Source: Candidatus Sysuimicrobiota bacterium
GTDB lineage: Bacteria > Sysuimicrobiota > Sysuimicrobiia > Sysuimicrobiales > Sysuimicrobiaceae
Assembly: GCA_040289515.1 (NCBI GenBank)
Contig: PSLI01000003.1
Span: 10,459 to 74,458, forward strand
DNA: 64,000 nt
Direction: 5' to 3'
Below, in pieces: positions 42,482 to 53,298 of this stretch; the stretch's first letter is position 1, and each line of letters opens with the position of its first letter. The position numbers and the translations under genes are program-made. The notes beneath the pieces are model-generated. The model ran no database searches, was not told the origin of the DNA, and saw only the letters and a program-made list of their open reading frames with translations.

Positions 42482-43078
42482 CTACGGGTTAAACAGCACC
42501 GCGAACAGCCACACCCACACAGCCGTCAGGAAGTGCCAGTACACCGCCAGGATGGACACGGGGGCCAGGCTCGCCCGCCGGGCCACCACGGCCCACCCAG
42601 CCAACCCGCCCAGCGCATGCACGAGGTGAGCCCCCGAGAGTACGTAGAAGTAAGACGCGCCAGGACTTGCAGCCAGTCCGACCCCGGAGGAGGCCAACCA
42701 CCTCCACGCGCTCACCTGGCACGCGAGGAACAGGCCTGCGCTGAGCGCACCCCAGCGCAGGCACGCCCGCCCGCGGGCCCAGCCGCCCCGAGCCAGAGCC
42801 CTCCGGGAGGCCTCCAGGAGCACGCTGCTAACCAGCAGGGCTGCAGTTCCCGGCCACAGCACCGCGGGCCTCGGCACCGGGGTCCAGCCCGCAGAGGCCA
42901 TCCGGCTCAGCAGGGCCGAGGTGAGCCCTAGGAAAAACATGCCCACCGCCACCACCGCCAGCCAGACGAACACGCGGCCCGCATCCGGCAGGCCCTGCGG
43001 GCCGCGACCACCAGGGGACCTTCCGGGGAGCCCCTGCGGCGGCCGGGGAGGAGCGGGGCGTTCCAGGGTAACGGCCAT
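42482..43078 (-). CDS. Short cytochrome c oxidase subunit III-family protein (second CoxIII paralog)
   Basis: 198 aa, 5 TM, with ...[23 protein letters not shown]... and ...[22 protein letters not shown] (the CoxIII C-terminal signature). Confidence 0.65.
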   Translation of the reverse strand: MAVTLERPAPPRPPQGLPGRSPGGRGPQGLPDAGRVFVWLAVVAVGMFFLGLTSALLSRMASAGWTPVPRPAVLWPGTAALLVSSVLLEASRRALARGGWARGRACLRWGALSAGLFLACQVSAWRWLASSGVGLAASPGASYFYVLSGAHLVHALGGLAGWAVVARRASLAPVSILAVYWHFLTAVWVWLFAVLFNP

Positions 43079-43081
43079 GGC

Positions 43082-44815
43082 TTAGTGCTTGGCCGTCGGT
43101 ACGGTGGAGGGTTCCCACTGCGGGAGGTAGTCCTGCTTCGCTCCGGGGACGCTGTACTCGTACGGCCCGCGGTACACCTCCGGCACGTCCCCGTGCCAGT
43201 TGTGGTGGGGCGGGGGGCTTTCGGTGGACCACTCCAGGGTGGTAGCCCGCCAGGGGTTGGGCCCCGCGGGCCGGCCGGCGCTCAGGCTGCGCAGCACGTT
43301 GTAGGCCAGCACCAGGCCACCCAGAAAAATGAGGAAGGCGCTCAAGGTGATGAACACCTGCACGGGCTGCAGGTGGCTCAGGTACGGGAACGCCCGGTAA
43401 TCGTAGATCCGGCGGTGCATCCCCGCCATACCCAGGTAGTACATGGGGAAGAAGGCCCCGTACACCCCCAGCAGGCTCAGCCAGAAGTGGACCCGGCCCA
43501 GCCGCTCGTCCAGCATGCGGCCGAACATCTTGGGAAACCAAAAGTAGATGCCCGCGAAGATGCCGAACACCGCCGCGGTACCCATCACCAGGTGGAAGTG
43601 GCCCACCACGTAGTACGTGTCGTGCAGGGGGATGTCCACGGGCGCGTTGCCCAGGTGGATGCCCGTGAGCCCTCCCGCCACGAACAGGGACAGAAAGCCC
43701 AGGGCGAACAGCAGGGCGGTGGAGAAGTACAGCTTGCCCCGCCACAGGGTCGCCAGCCAGTTGAAGGTCTTCACCGCGGAGGGCACCGCGATGAGGAGGG
43801 TGGTGACGGCGAACCCCATCCCCAGCAGGGGGTGCATGCCGCTTACGAACATGTGGTGGGCCCACACGAGGAAGCTGAGGAGCCCGATGGCCAGCATGGA
43901 GGCCACCATGGCGGGGTAGCCGAACACGGGCTTGCGGGCGAAGTTGGCGATCACGTCCGACACGATCCCCATGGGGGGCAAGATGACGATGTACACCTCA
44001 GGGTGGCCGAAGAACCAGAACAGGTGCTGCCACAGGAGGGGGTTCCCGCCCGTGTGGGAGATCACCTGCCCACCCACCACCAGGCCCCCGGGCACGAAGA
44101 AGCTGGTGCCCGCCAGCCGGTCGAACAGGAGCAAGATCCCCGCCGCCATGAGCACGGGAAAGCTGAGCAGGGCCAGCACCGCGGCCACAAAGATCCCCCA
44201 CACCGTAAGCGGCATGCGCAGCAGGGACATGCCCCGGGTGCGCAGCACGAGAATGGTGGTGATGTAATTGAGGGAGCCCAGCAGGCTGGAGATGCAGAAG
44301 ATGGCGATGGACACCAGCCACAGGGTCTGTCCCAGCCCGCTCCCGGGTGCCGCCTGGGGCAGCGCGCTCAGGGGCGGGTAGGCGGTCCAGCCCGCGTTGA
44401 GGGGCCCACCGGGCACGAAGAAGCTGGCCAGCAGCGGCACGATGGACAGGGCGAACACCCAGTAGGACAGCATGTTCACGAAGGGGAAGGCCATGTCCCG
44501 GGCGCCGATCTTGAGGGGGACCAGGAAGTTGGCAAATCCGCCCAGCAGCGCCGGGGTGAGGACGAAGAAAATCATGATGGTCCCGTGCATGCTCACAGCC
44601 GCCAGGTACTGGTCCGCCTTCAGCACGCCCGACTGGGGCCAGGCCAGCTGGACCCGGAACAGCATGGCCAGCGCCCCGCCCACCAGGGCCATGAACAGGG
44701 AGGTGAACAGGTACTGCAGCCCGATGACCTTGTGGTCCTGGCTGAACACGTACCGGGTCCAGAAGCTTTCGGGGCGCGCCTCCGCGTGCACGTGCGCTTC
44801 TACCGGTGCAGCCAT
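43082..44815 (-). CDS. ctaD: Cytochrome c oxidase subunit I
   Basis: MAAPVEAHVHAEARPESFWTRYVFSQDHKVIGLQYLFTSLFMALVGGALAMLFR... heme-copper oxidase subunit I with conserved His ligands; GGAGGG RBS. The track ORF 43082..45283 is an artificial upstream extension; ATG is at 44815. Confidence 0.92.
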   Translation of the reverse strand: MAAPVEAHVHAEARPESFWTRYVFSQDHKVIGLQYLFTSLFMALVGGALAMLFRVQLAWPQSGVLKADQYLAAVSMHGTIMIFFVLTPALLGGFANFLVPLKIGARDMAFPFVNMLSYWVFALSIVPLLASFFVPGGPLNAGWTAYPPLSALPQAAPGSGLGQTLWLVSIAIFCISSLLGSLNYITTILVLRTRGMSLLRMPLTVWGIFVAAVLALLSFPVLMAAGILLLFDRLAGTSFFVPGGLVVGGQVISHTGGNPLLWQHLFWFFGHPEVYIVILPPMGIVSDVIANFARKPVFGYPAMVASMLAIGLLSFLVWAHHMFVSGMHPLLGMGFAVTTLLIAVPSAVKTFNWLATLWRGKLYFSTALLFALGFLSLFVAGGLTGIHLGNAPVDIPLHDTYYVVGHFHLVMGTAAVFGIFAGIYFWFPKMFGRMLDERLGRVHFWLSLLGVYGAFFPMYYLGMAGMHRRIYDYRAFPYLSHLQPVQVFITLSAFLIFLGGLVLAYNVLRSLSAGRPAGPNPWRATTLEWSTESPPPHHNWHGDVPEVYRGPYEYSVPGAKQDYLPQWEPSTVPTAKH

Positions 44816-44826
44816 CTTCCGCCCTC

Positions 44827-45651
44827 CTACCGCCGTACCTGCTGGCGCATCCAGCGGTCGAACTCTTCCTGGGTGACCACCCGCACCTTGCCCGCCATGG
44901 TGTAGTGACCCACCCCGCACAACTCCGCGCATGCCAGGTCGAACTCCCCCGTCTGGGTGGGGGTAAGCACCAGCTCCGTGGTGGCCCCGGGCAGCAGGTC
45001 CTTCTTCAGCCGGAAGGCCGGGACCCAAAAGCTGTGCTGCACGTCCCGGGTGCGCAGCAGGATGCGGTTGGGCCGGTTGGCCACCAGGAGGATGGTGGGG
45101 CTTACCACGTCGTCGCGGCCCGCGGGATCCTCCGGGTCCACGTTGAAGGGCTTCGGGATGCGGTTGTCCACCCGGCCCAGGCGGCCGTCCGGACCCGGAT
45201 ACCGAGCAGACCAGGCGAACTGCTCGCCGCGCACCTCCACCACGAAGGCGCCGGGGGGAGGTGCCGCGTGCACCCGCGCCCACAGAGCCAGACCTGCTAC
45301 GCTGAGGGCCACCATCACCACCGCGGGGACGGCCGTGTACGCGACCTCAAGGGCGGTGTGGTGCGGGAAGTACAGGGCGGATTCCCGACCCCGCGCGCGG
45401 TACCGGATGATGAAGTAGCCCAAAAGCAGGTGCACCAGGACGAAGGCCACGAGGATAATGCCCAGGATCATGTCGAACAGGCGTTGGATACTGGATCCCT
45501 CCCGCGTGACCGGGTTTGGAGTCCAGACCCACCGCGCGTACAGCATCCCGAGGACACCGGCCAGGGAGAACAGCCACACCGCTAGGCCGAGGGCAAGCCC
45601 GGACCGCTGCGTTTCCTCCAAGGGACTTGGCGTGTTGGGTGTCGCTTCCAT
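44827..45651 (-). CDS. ctaC: Cytochrome c oxidase subunit II (CuA centre; no fused cytochrome c domain)
   Basis: Two N-terminal TMs, then a cupredoxin domain with CuA ligands ...HSFWVPAFRLKKD...CAELCGVGHYTMAG...; no CXXCH, so aa3- rather than caa3-type; GGGAGG RBS before ATG 45651. Confidence 0.88.
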   Translation of the reverse strand: MEATPNTPSPLEETQRSGLALGLAVWLFSLAGVLGMLYARWVWTPNPVTREGSSIQRLFDMILGIILVAFVLVHLLLGYFIIRYRARGRESALYFPHHTALEVAYTAVPAVVMVALSVAGLALWARVHAAPPPGAFVVEVRGEQFAWSARYPGPDGRLGRVDNRIPKPFNVDPEDPAGRDDVVSPTILLVANRPNRILLRTRDVQHSFWVPAFRLKKDLLPGATTELVLTPTQTGEFDLACAELCGVGHYTMAGKVRVVTQEEFDRWMRQQVRR

Positions 45652-45810
45652 TCCGACCTCCCGCCGTACCGTTCGCGCACGCCAGGGGAAAACCCTTCCG
45701 GCCAAACAATGCCAAGCAATAAGGAAGGGCGCCACGCGCCCTCCCCTCCGTCGCTCGCTTCAGCCCCCGCCAGAAGTATAGACTTCTCCGGTACCGCGGG
45801 CCAACCCCAT

Positions 45811-45839
45811 TTGACACACCGGGCGGGATTGTCTATCCT
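45811..45839 (+). promoter_or_regulatory. Sigma-A promoter for ybxF-rpsL-rpsG-fusA-tuf (TTGACA-17nt-TATCCT)
   Basis: Perfect TTGACA 45811-45816, 17-nt spacer, TATCCT 45834-45839; divergent from ctaC. Confidence 0.55.
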
Positions 45840-45885
45840 CTGGAAGGTTGCCTGGAGCTTCGATGAGGGGCTATTGCCCCGAGGG

Positions 45886-46149
45886 ATGCCGGTGACCGAT
45901 CTAGAGGCCCTGGGCCGCGCGCAGGCGCGCGCGGTGGGAGCGAACCAGACCGCCAAGGCCATCCGGAAGGGGAGGGCCGAGGTGGTGTTCGTGGCCCGCG
46001 ACGCGGACCGGCGGGTGGTGGAGCCGGTGTTGCGGGCCGCGCAGGAAATGGGCGTGCCGGTGGTGGAGGTCGCCTCCGGCAGGGAACTGGGTCGGGTATG
46101 CGGGATCGCCGTGGGGGCTTCCGCCGCGGCGATCCTCAGACGCGAGTAG
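45886..46149 (+). CDS. ybxF: L7Ae-family ribosome-associated protein (YbxF-like)
   Basis: MPVTDLEALGRAQARAVGANQTAKAIRKGRAEVVFVARDADRRVVEPVLRAAQEMGVPVVEVASGRELGRVCGIAVGASAAAIL; 87 aa, occupying the rpoC-rpsL position as in Bacillus. RBS is weak; alternative GTG 45892. Confidence 0.75.
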   Translation: MPVTDLEALGRAQARAVGANQTAKAIRKGRAEVVFVARDADRRVVEPVLRAAQEMGVPVVEVASGRELGRVCGIAVGASAAAILRRE

Positions 46150-46385
46150 CCGCAGCGAGGGGCCAGCGGGCCCTGCCTTCTGCACTTCGCGGAGGGCTGC
46201 AGCGCTGCGCCGTAGGGACGGGCAGGGTCATGAGCCCCGGTGCCGGCCGGTGGCTCCGCTGACGCAGGTGGCCCGGTCCCGGAGGGCGCGCGGGTATCCG
46301 GCACGAGGTTCAGGTGGCGCGTGCGCGCGGGGCGTCGGGCCCCGGTGGGGTATGGAGCCTTTGGGAATCGGGAGGGAGAGATTTC

Positions 46386-46760
46386 ATGCCGACCATCAAC
46401 CAGCTGGTGCGACGGGGTCGTGAGCCCCTGAAGTACAAGAGCAAGTCGCCGGCGCTGCAGGGGAACCCCTTCCAGCGCGGCGTGTGCATCCAGGTGAAGA
46501 CCATGACACCCAAGAAGCCCAACTCCGCCCTGCGGAAGATCGCCCGGGTGCGGCTGACCAACGGGATCGAGGTCACCGCCTACATCCCGGGGATCGGGCA
46601 CAACCTGCAGGAGCACTCGGTGGTGCTGGTCCGGGGGGGACGGGTGAAGGACCTGCCCGGGATCCGGTACCACATCGTGCGGGGTGCCCTGGACGCGGCC
46701 GGGGTGGCCAACCGGCGCCAGGGCCGCAGCAAGTACGGGGCCAAGCGGCCCAAGCAGTAA
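46386..46760 (+). CDS. rpsL: 30S ribosomal protein S12
   Basis: [51 protein letters not shown]... Confidence 0.96.
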   Translation: MPTINQLVRRGREPLKYKSKSPALQGNPFQRGVCIQVKTMTPKKPNSALRKIARVRLTNGIEVTAYIPGIGHNLQEHSVVLVRGGRVKDLPGIRYHIVRGALDAAGVANRRQGRSKYGAKRPKQ

Positions 46761-46772
46761 GGGGGGACGCGC

Positions 46773-47243
46773 ATGCCACGCAAGGGACCGGTTCCGCCGC
46801 GGGTCGTCCCGCCCGACGTGGTGTATGGCAGCGTGATGGTCCAGCGGCTCATCAACAAGGTGATGACGCGGGGCAAGAAGACCCTCGCAGAGCGCATCGT
46901 GTACACGGCCCTGCGGAACGTGGAGCAGCGCACCGGACAGAACCCGGCGCAGGTGCTGGACAAGGCCCTGCAGAACGTCATGCCGCTGCTGGAGGTGAAG
47001 CCGCGGCGGGTGGGCGGGGCCAACTACCAGGTTCCCGTGGAGGTGCGCCCGGAGCGGCGGGTGTCCTTGGGCATCCGGTGGCTGGTGGAGTACGCCCGCC
47101 AGCGGCCGGAACGGGGCATGGTGGAGAAGCTCACCCGGGAAATCCTGGACGCCTCGCAGGGCCAAGGCGGGGCTGTGAAGCGGAAGGAGGAGGTGCACCG
47201 CATGGCGGAGGCCAACAAGGCCTTCGCCCACTACCGCTGGTAG
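46773..47243 (+). CDS. rpsG: 30S ribosomal protein S7
   Basis: [47 protein letters not shown]... Confidence 0.96.
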   Translation: MPRKGPVPPRVVPPDVVYGSVMVQRLINKVMTRGKKTLAERIVYTALRNVEQRTGQNPAQVLDKALQNVMPLLEVKPRRVGGANYQVPVEVRPERRVSLGIRWLVEYARQRPERGMVEKLTREILDASQGQGGAVKRKEEVHRMAEANKAFAHYRW

Positions 47244-47264
47244 TGCGGTGCCGGGAGGTCGGGA

Positions 47265-49352
47265 TTGGCCGTGAAGGTACCGCTGGAGCGGATCCGCAAC
47301 ATCGGAATCGTCGCCCACATCGACGCGGGCAAGACCACCACCACGGAGCGCATCCTCTTCTACACGGGGCGGGTGCACCGGCTGGGAGAGGTGGACGAGG
47401 GTTCCGCCACCATGGACTGGATGGTTCAGGAGCGGGAACGGGGGATTACCATCACCTCTGCGGCCACCACCTGCTTCTGGCGCGACCACCGCATCAACAT
47501 CATCGACACGCCGGGGCACGTGGACTTCACCATTGAGGTGGAGCGGTCCCTGCGGGTGCTGGACGGGGCCGTGGTTCTCCTCAGCGCGGTGGAAGGGGTC
47601 CAGCCCCAATCGGAGACGGTGTGGCGGCAGGCGGACCGCTACCGGGTGCCGCGGATCGTGTACGTGAACAAGATGGACCGGGTGGGCGCGGACTTTCTGC
47701 GGGTGGTGGAAATGGTGCGGGAGCGTCTGGATGCCCCCGCGGTCCCCGTGCAGCTGCCCGTGGGTGCGCAGGAGTCCTTCCAGGGCGTGGTGGACCTGGT
47801 GCGCAGGAAGTCCATCCTGTACCTGGACGACCTGGGGACGCGATCCAGCGAGACGGCCATTCCCCCCGAGATGCAGGAGCTGGTGCAGACGTACCGGGAG
47901 CGGCTGGTGGAGGCGGCCGCGGACTGCGACGACGCGGTCATGCTGCGTTACCTGGAGGGGCAGCCGATCCCGGAAGCGGACCTGAAGCGGGCCATCCGGG
48001 CGGGCACCCTGTCCGGCAGGCTGGTGCCCGTGCTGGCCGGATCCTCCTTCCGCAACAAGGGGGTCCAGCCGCTGTTGGACGCCGTGGTCGACTACCTGCC
48101 TTCCCCCCTGGACGTGGGGGCCGTGCGCGGCACGAACCCCCGTACGGGGGAAGTGGAGGAACGTCCCGTGGACGAGCAGGCGCCCTTCTGCGCCCTGGCC
48201 TTCAAGATCATGACCGACCCCTACGTGGGCAAGCTCACGTACTTCCGGGTGTACTCGGGCACCCTGCGGGCGGGCTCGTACGTGTACAACGCCAGCCGGG
48301 GCGTGCGGGAGCGCGTGAGCCGCATCCTCCTCATGCACGCCAACCACCGGGAGGACATCCCGGAGGCCAGCGCGGGCAACGTGGTGGCGGCGGTGGGGCT
48401 TCGGGAGACCACCACGGGGGACACCCTGTGCGAGGAGTCCGCCCCGATCGTTCTAGAGCCCATCCAGTTCCCGGAACCCGTCATCTCCGTGGCGGTGGAG
48501 CCCAAGACCGAGGCGGACTCCGACAAGCTGTCCGCGGCCCTGGCCAAGCTGGCGGAGGAGGATCCCTCCTTCCGGGTGCGGTTCGACCCGGAGACCGGGC
48601 AGACCCTGATCTCGGGCATGGGGGAGCTGCACCTGGAGATCATCACCGACCGGCTGGTGCGGGAGTTCAAGGTGGAGGCCCACGTGGGCCGGCCTCAGGT
48701 GGCGTACAAGGAGACCATCCGCCAGCCTGCCCGGGGAGAGGGACGCTTCATCCGGCAGACGGGGGGGCGGGGTCAGTACGGTCACGCCGCGGTGGAGATC
48801 GAGCCGCTGCCGCGGGGCAGGGGGTTCGAGTTCGTGGACCGCATCAGCGGGGGAGTGATCCCCAAGGAGTTCATCAAGCCGGTGGAGGAGGGGATCCGGG
48901 AGGCCATGGAGTCAGGGGTCCTGGCGGGGTATCCCGTGGTGGACGTCCGGGTAACCCTGGTGGACGGCTCCTACCACGAGGTGGACTCCTCGGAGCTGGC
49001 CTTCAAGATCGCGGGGTCCCTGGCCTTCAAGGACGCGGCCCAGAAGGCCAAGCCGGTCCTCCTGGAGCCCGTGATGAAGGTGGAGGTGACCACGCCCGAG
49101 GCGTACATGGGGGATGTCCTGGCGGACCTGAATGCCCGTCGGGGCCGCATCCAGGCTATGGAGCAGCGGCAGGGCCTGCGGGTCATCACGGCCCTTGTGC
49201 CCCTGGCGGAGATGTTCGGGTACGCCACGGAGCTGCGGTCCCGCACCCAGGGCCGGGCGGTGTACACCATGGAGTTTTCCCACTACGAGGAGGTCCCCGC
49301 AGCCGTGGCGGAGGAGGTCCTCCAGGGCGGACTGGCGGGGGCCCGCAGGTGA
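47265..49352 (+). CDS. fusA: Elongation factor G
   Basis: (M)[68 protein letters not shown]...; TTG start 47265 after a GGGAGG RBS (GTG 47271 is an alternative). Confidence 0.95.
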   Translation: MAVKVPLERIRNIGIVAHIDAGKTTTTERILFYTGRVHRLGEVDEGSATMDWMVQERERGITITSAATTCFWRDHRINIIDTPGHVDFTIEVERSLRVLDGAVVLLSAVEGVQPQSETVWRQADRYRVPRIVYVNKMDRVGADFLRVVEMVRERLDAPAVPVQLPVGAQESFQGVVDLVRRKSILYLDDLGTRSSETAIPPEMQELVQTYRERLVEAAADCDDAVMLRYLEGQPIPEADLKRAIRAGTLSGRLVPVLAGSSFRNKGVQPLLDAVVDYLPSPLDVGAVRGTNPRTGEVEERPVDEQAPFCALAFKIMTDPYVGKLTYFRVYSGTLRAGSYVYNASRGVRERVSRILLMHANHREDIPEASAGNVVAAVGLRETTTGDTLCEESAPIVLEPIQFPEPVISVAVEPKTEADSDKLSAALAKLAEEDPSFRVRFDPETGQTLISGMGELHLEIITDRLVREFKVEAHVGRPQVAYKETIRQPARGEGRFIRQTGGRGQYGHAAVEIEPLPRGRGFEFVDRISGGVIPKEFIKPVEEGIREAMESGVLAGYPVVDVRVTLVDGSYHEVDSSELAFKIAGSLAFKDAAQKAKPVLLEPVMKVEVTTPEAYMGDVLADLNARRGRIQAMEQRQGLRVITALVPLAEMFGYATELRSRTQGRAVYTMEFSHYEEVPAAVAEEVLQGGLAGARR

Positions 49353-49382
49353 CGCAATCCATGTGCGGAGGGGGCGAGGAAC

Positions 49383-50600
<1,218 letters not shown>

Positions 50601-50616
50601 GGGAGGGACCTCCGGG

Positions 50617-50769
50617 ATGGCCCGTGACATCATCACCCTGGCGTGCACGGTGTGCAAACGCCGGAACTACGTAACCACCAAGAACAAGAAGAACACCCCG
50701 GACCGGCTGGAGCTGTCGAAGTACTGCAAGTGGTGCCGCAGGCACACGCCGCACCGGGAGACGAGGTGA
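50617..50769 (+). CDS. rpmG: 50S ribosomal protein L33
   Basis: [50 protein letters not shown], a 50-aa zinc-ribbon L33 (CxxC...CxxC); below the 60-aa ORF-track cutoff, found by reading the sequence. Confidence 0.9.
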   Translation: MARDIITLACTVCKRRNYVTTKNKKNTPDRLELSKYCKWCRRHTPHRETR

Positions 50770-50776
50770 GGGGGCG

Positions 50777-50950
50777 ATGCGGGAACGCGACCGGGAACTG
50801 AGGCGCCGACGCCACCGCCGGGAGAAGATCCGTAAACTGTTGCGCCGCATCCAGGCGGCGCAGACCCGGGAGGAGAAGGAGCGGCTGGTGCAGAAGGCCA
50901 TCCGCATCGCCCCGTGGAGGTACGCGGAGTTCCAGAAGTACCTCGCCTGA
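50777..50950 (+). CDS. Small arginine-rich hypothetical protein (57 aa)
   Basis: MRERDRELRRRRHRREKIRKLLRRIQAAQTREEKERLVQKAIRIAPWRYAEFQKYLA; ATG 7 nt after the rpmG stop; GC3-rich and host-like codons; no family recognised. Confidence 0.4.
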   Translation: MRERDRELRRRRHRREKIRKLLRRIQAAQTREEKERLVQKAIRIAPWRYAEFQKYLA

Positions 50951-50966
50951 TCCGGCCCGGCCGCCT

Positions 50967-52163
50967 GTGACGCGACCCCCGCCCGGTACGGCCTCCGGCC
51001 GGGCCCCCACCGAGCTGCAGGTCCTGTTGGGGTTCCTGGTGAGTCTCGGAGCCTTCGGGGTGGATGCCATGCTGCCTGCCCTGTCCAGCATGGCGGCCGA
51101 CTTCCGCGTGACCGAGACACAGGCCCAGCTGGTGGTGGGCGCCTACCTGCTGGGTTTTGCCTGGGGGCAGCTCCTGTTCGGACCCGCAAGCGACGCTTGG
51201 GGGCGCCGGCGGGTGCTGCTCACCGGTCTCCTGGTCTTCTGGGCCTCCAGCGCCACCATCCCCTTCATCCGGGACTTCGGGGCGCTGGTGGTCGCGCGGG
51301 CGCTGCAGGGGGTGTTCGCCTCCAGTCTGCGGACGGTGGGTACCGCATGGGTACGGGATCGGTACCGGGCAGAGGCCATGGCCCGGGTCATGGCCCTGGT
51401 GCAGAGCGTGTTCGTGGTGGCACCCGTTCTAGCCCCGTGGGTGGGGGCGTACCTGGTGCGGCTGGGCTGGTCGGCGGTGTTCGCCTTCCTGGCCGCGGTG
51501 GGCTGCGTGCTGTGGGGGTGGGCCCTGGTGCGGATGGACGAGACCCTGCCGCCCTCCGCACGCAGGCCCCTTGCCTGGCGGCCCCTCTGGGAGGCCGTGA
51601 TCCTCGTGCTGCGGACCCGGGAGAGCCTCCTGGGCGCGGCGCTGCTTTCGGCCACCTACGGCATGCTGTACGCGTACCTGGTCTCGGCTCCCCAGCTGTA
51701 CAAGACGCACCTCGGGCTGTCCAACGAGGCTTTCGCCCTGGCCTTCGCGGGTACCGCGGTTTTCCAGCTGCTGGCCATGCTGGCGACCCGGGTGTGGGTG
51801 GTCCGGCTGGGAGTCCGGGGTTTGGTGCGGGCTGCGGCCGGGTACCTGTGCGCGCTGACCCTGCTGCTACCTCTGCACGCCGTGTTTTTGCCGTCCGTGG
51901 CGGGCTTCTGGTTGCACGTGAGCCTGGTTTTCTTCGGGATCACCCTCACGTTTCCCAACGCCACGAGCCTCGCGCTGGACCAGTTGGGTAGGGTGGCGGG
52001 CTTCGCCAGCAGCGCCGTGGGCTTCACCGGCACGTTCCTGGCGGGTCTGGTGGGGAACGTCCTGGGCCAGTGGTCCGCTGGCGACCCGCTGCGTTTTTCC
52101 CTGGGCTGGCTGGTCCTGGGGGTGGCTGCGTGGGCGATCAGCCGCGGTGTGAGCGCCCCGTAG
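50967..52163 (+). CDS. MFS transporter, Bcr/CflA drug-resistance subfamily
   Basis: 12-TM protein ...GVDAMLPALSSMAADFRVTETQAQLVVGAYLLGFAWGQLLFGPASDAWGRRRVLLTGLLVF... characteristic MFS motif A (GxxSDxxGRR); GTG start uncertain. Confidence 0.85.
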   Translation: MTRPPPGTASGRAPTELQVLLGFLVSLGAFGVDAMLPALSSMAADFRVTETQAQLVVGAYLLGFAWGQLLFGPASDAWGRRRVLLTGLLVFWASSATIPFIRDFGALVVARALQGVFASSLRTVGTAWVRDRYRAEAMARVMALVQSVFVVAPVLAPWVGAYLVRLGWSAVFAFLAAVGCVLWGWALVRMDETLPPSARRPLAWRPLWEAVILVLRTRESLLGAALLSATYGMLYAYLVSAPQLYKTHLGLSNEAFALAFAGTAVFQLLAMLATRVWVVRLGVRGLVRAAAGYLCALTLLLPLHAVFLPSVAGFWLHVSLVFFGITLTFPNATSLALDQLGRVAGFASSAVGFTGTFLAGLVGNVLGQWSAGDPLRFSLGWLVLGVAAWAISRGVSAP

Positions 52164-52171
52164 CACCCTGC

Positions 52172-52248
52172 TGGCAGGGGCGCGGGGATTCGAACCCCGA
52201 ACCTCCGGTTTTGGAGACCGGCGCTCTGGCCGTTCGAGCTACGCCCCT
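52172..52248 (-). tRNA. trnW: tRNA-Trp (anticodon CCA), CCA-3' end encoded
   Basis: The reverse complement folds as AGGGGCG-acceptor/...CCGGT-CTCCAAA-ACCGG anticodon arm/GGTTCGAATCC T-arm/CGCCCCT-G-CCA; 7-bp acceptor stem, anticodon CCA at positions 34-36. Confidence 0.85.
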
Positions 52249-52385
52249 CCGCCCCCTAATCCTACGGTGGTCGCGTCCTCCGCGCAACACTCCCCCACCT
52301 GAGGGCAGGGGCAGGGTCGCTGCGCCGGCGTCCGCCGAGGTGAACGGGAAGCTGGGGATGGGCCAGACGATGGCGCCCGGCCGGG

Positions 52386-53129
52386 TTACGTCTTGATGAG
52401 CGTCTGGAAGACCACCATGGCCAGGCTCGTGAGGGTGACGGCGGTGGCCACCGCGCCGTGGGAGGCATCCTTCAGAGCATCGGGAATAAGCTCGGAGAAC
52501 ACCATCCAGATCATCGCCCCCGCCGCGAAACCCAATCCGGTGGGCAGGTGGGCGCGGAAGGTCTCCACGAAAAGGTACGCAGCGGGTGCCATGAGGGGCT
52601 GCGGGAGGCTGCTGAACACGCTCCACCCCGCAGCCACCCACACCGGCACGCCCCGCGGCACCAGCACAAGGCTGATGGCCAGCCCTTCTGGAATGTTGTG
52701 GACCGCGATGGCCAGGGTGATGAAGGTACCCAGGCTCTGGCCCCCTCCGAAGGAGACACCGACTCCGACCCCTTCCGTGAAGGAGTGCAGGGTCATGATG
52801 CCGACCACAAGAAACGCCTTCCGGGCGTCCAGGCCGTGGAGGTTCCCCAGGGTGAGGTTGCGGTACCGATGCAGGACCCGGGAGCTCCAGGTGATGAAGG
52901 CTAGCCCGAGCAGCGCTCCAAAGGTCAGGCGGGCCAGGCTGTAGCCGATCCCCTCGTACACCAAGCCGAAGCTGGCGGCCAGCATCAGGCCAGCGGCGGT
53001 GGCGTTCATGGTGCCGAGCCAGCTCCTGGGCACGCTGCGGGCTGCAAGGAAGGGAATCGCGCCAAGACCGGTGCACAGGGCCGTGCCCGCGGCGTACAAA
53101 AAGACCGTGAGAATAGAGCTGTGGGCCAT
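52386..53129 (-). CDS. ZIP-family divalent metal (zinc) transporter
   Basis: MAHSSILTVFLYAAGTALCTGLGAIPFL...TLHSFTEGVGVGVSFGG...AIAVHNIPEGLAISLVLV...; conserved HNxPEG and H-x3-E motifs of ZupT/ZIP. The track ORF extends artificially to 53498. Confidence 0.85.
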   Translation of the reverse strand: MAHSSILTVFLYAAGTALCTGLGAIPFLAARSVPRSWLGTMNATAAGLMLAASFGLVYEGIGYSLARLTFGALLGLAFITWSSRVLHRYRNLTLGNLHGLDARKAFLVVGIMTLHSFTEGVGVGVSFGGGQSLGTFITLAIAVHNIPEGLAISLVLVPRGVPVWVAAGWSVFSSLPQPLMAPAAYLFVETFRAHLPTGLGFAAGAMIWMVFSELIPDALKDASHGAVATAVTLTSLAMVVFQTLIKT

Positions 53130-53298
53130 TGGCGTCGGCCGCTCGGGCCCAGGGTAGCCGGTAGCCCCCGTTTTCGTCGATGGGGAAACCCGGCCGTTAG
53201 GACTCCCGTCCTTTCCTCCGTCGGCAACCCTACGCGCGTTCCGGTTCCCTCTTAGGCTGAGCGGCTTTGGTTGGACCCCATCCGGGAACCGTAGCTGG

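Noticed and set aside
43082-45283. Track ORF for ctaD extends 156 codons upstream of MAAPVEAH, and the ctaC ORF extends 28 codons upstream
   Set aside because: The upstream extensions are Gly/Arg/Pro-rich, overlap the preceding gene, and lack an RBS. The internal ATGs at 44815 and 45651 are each preceded by GGAGGG/GGGAGG and give canonical subunit I/II N-termini.
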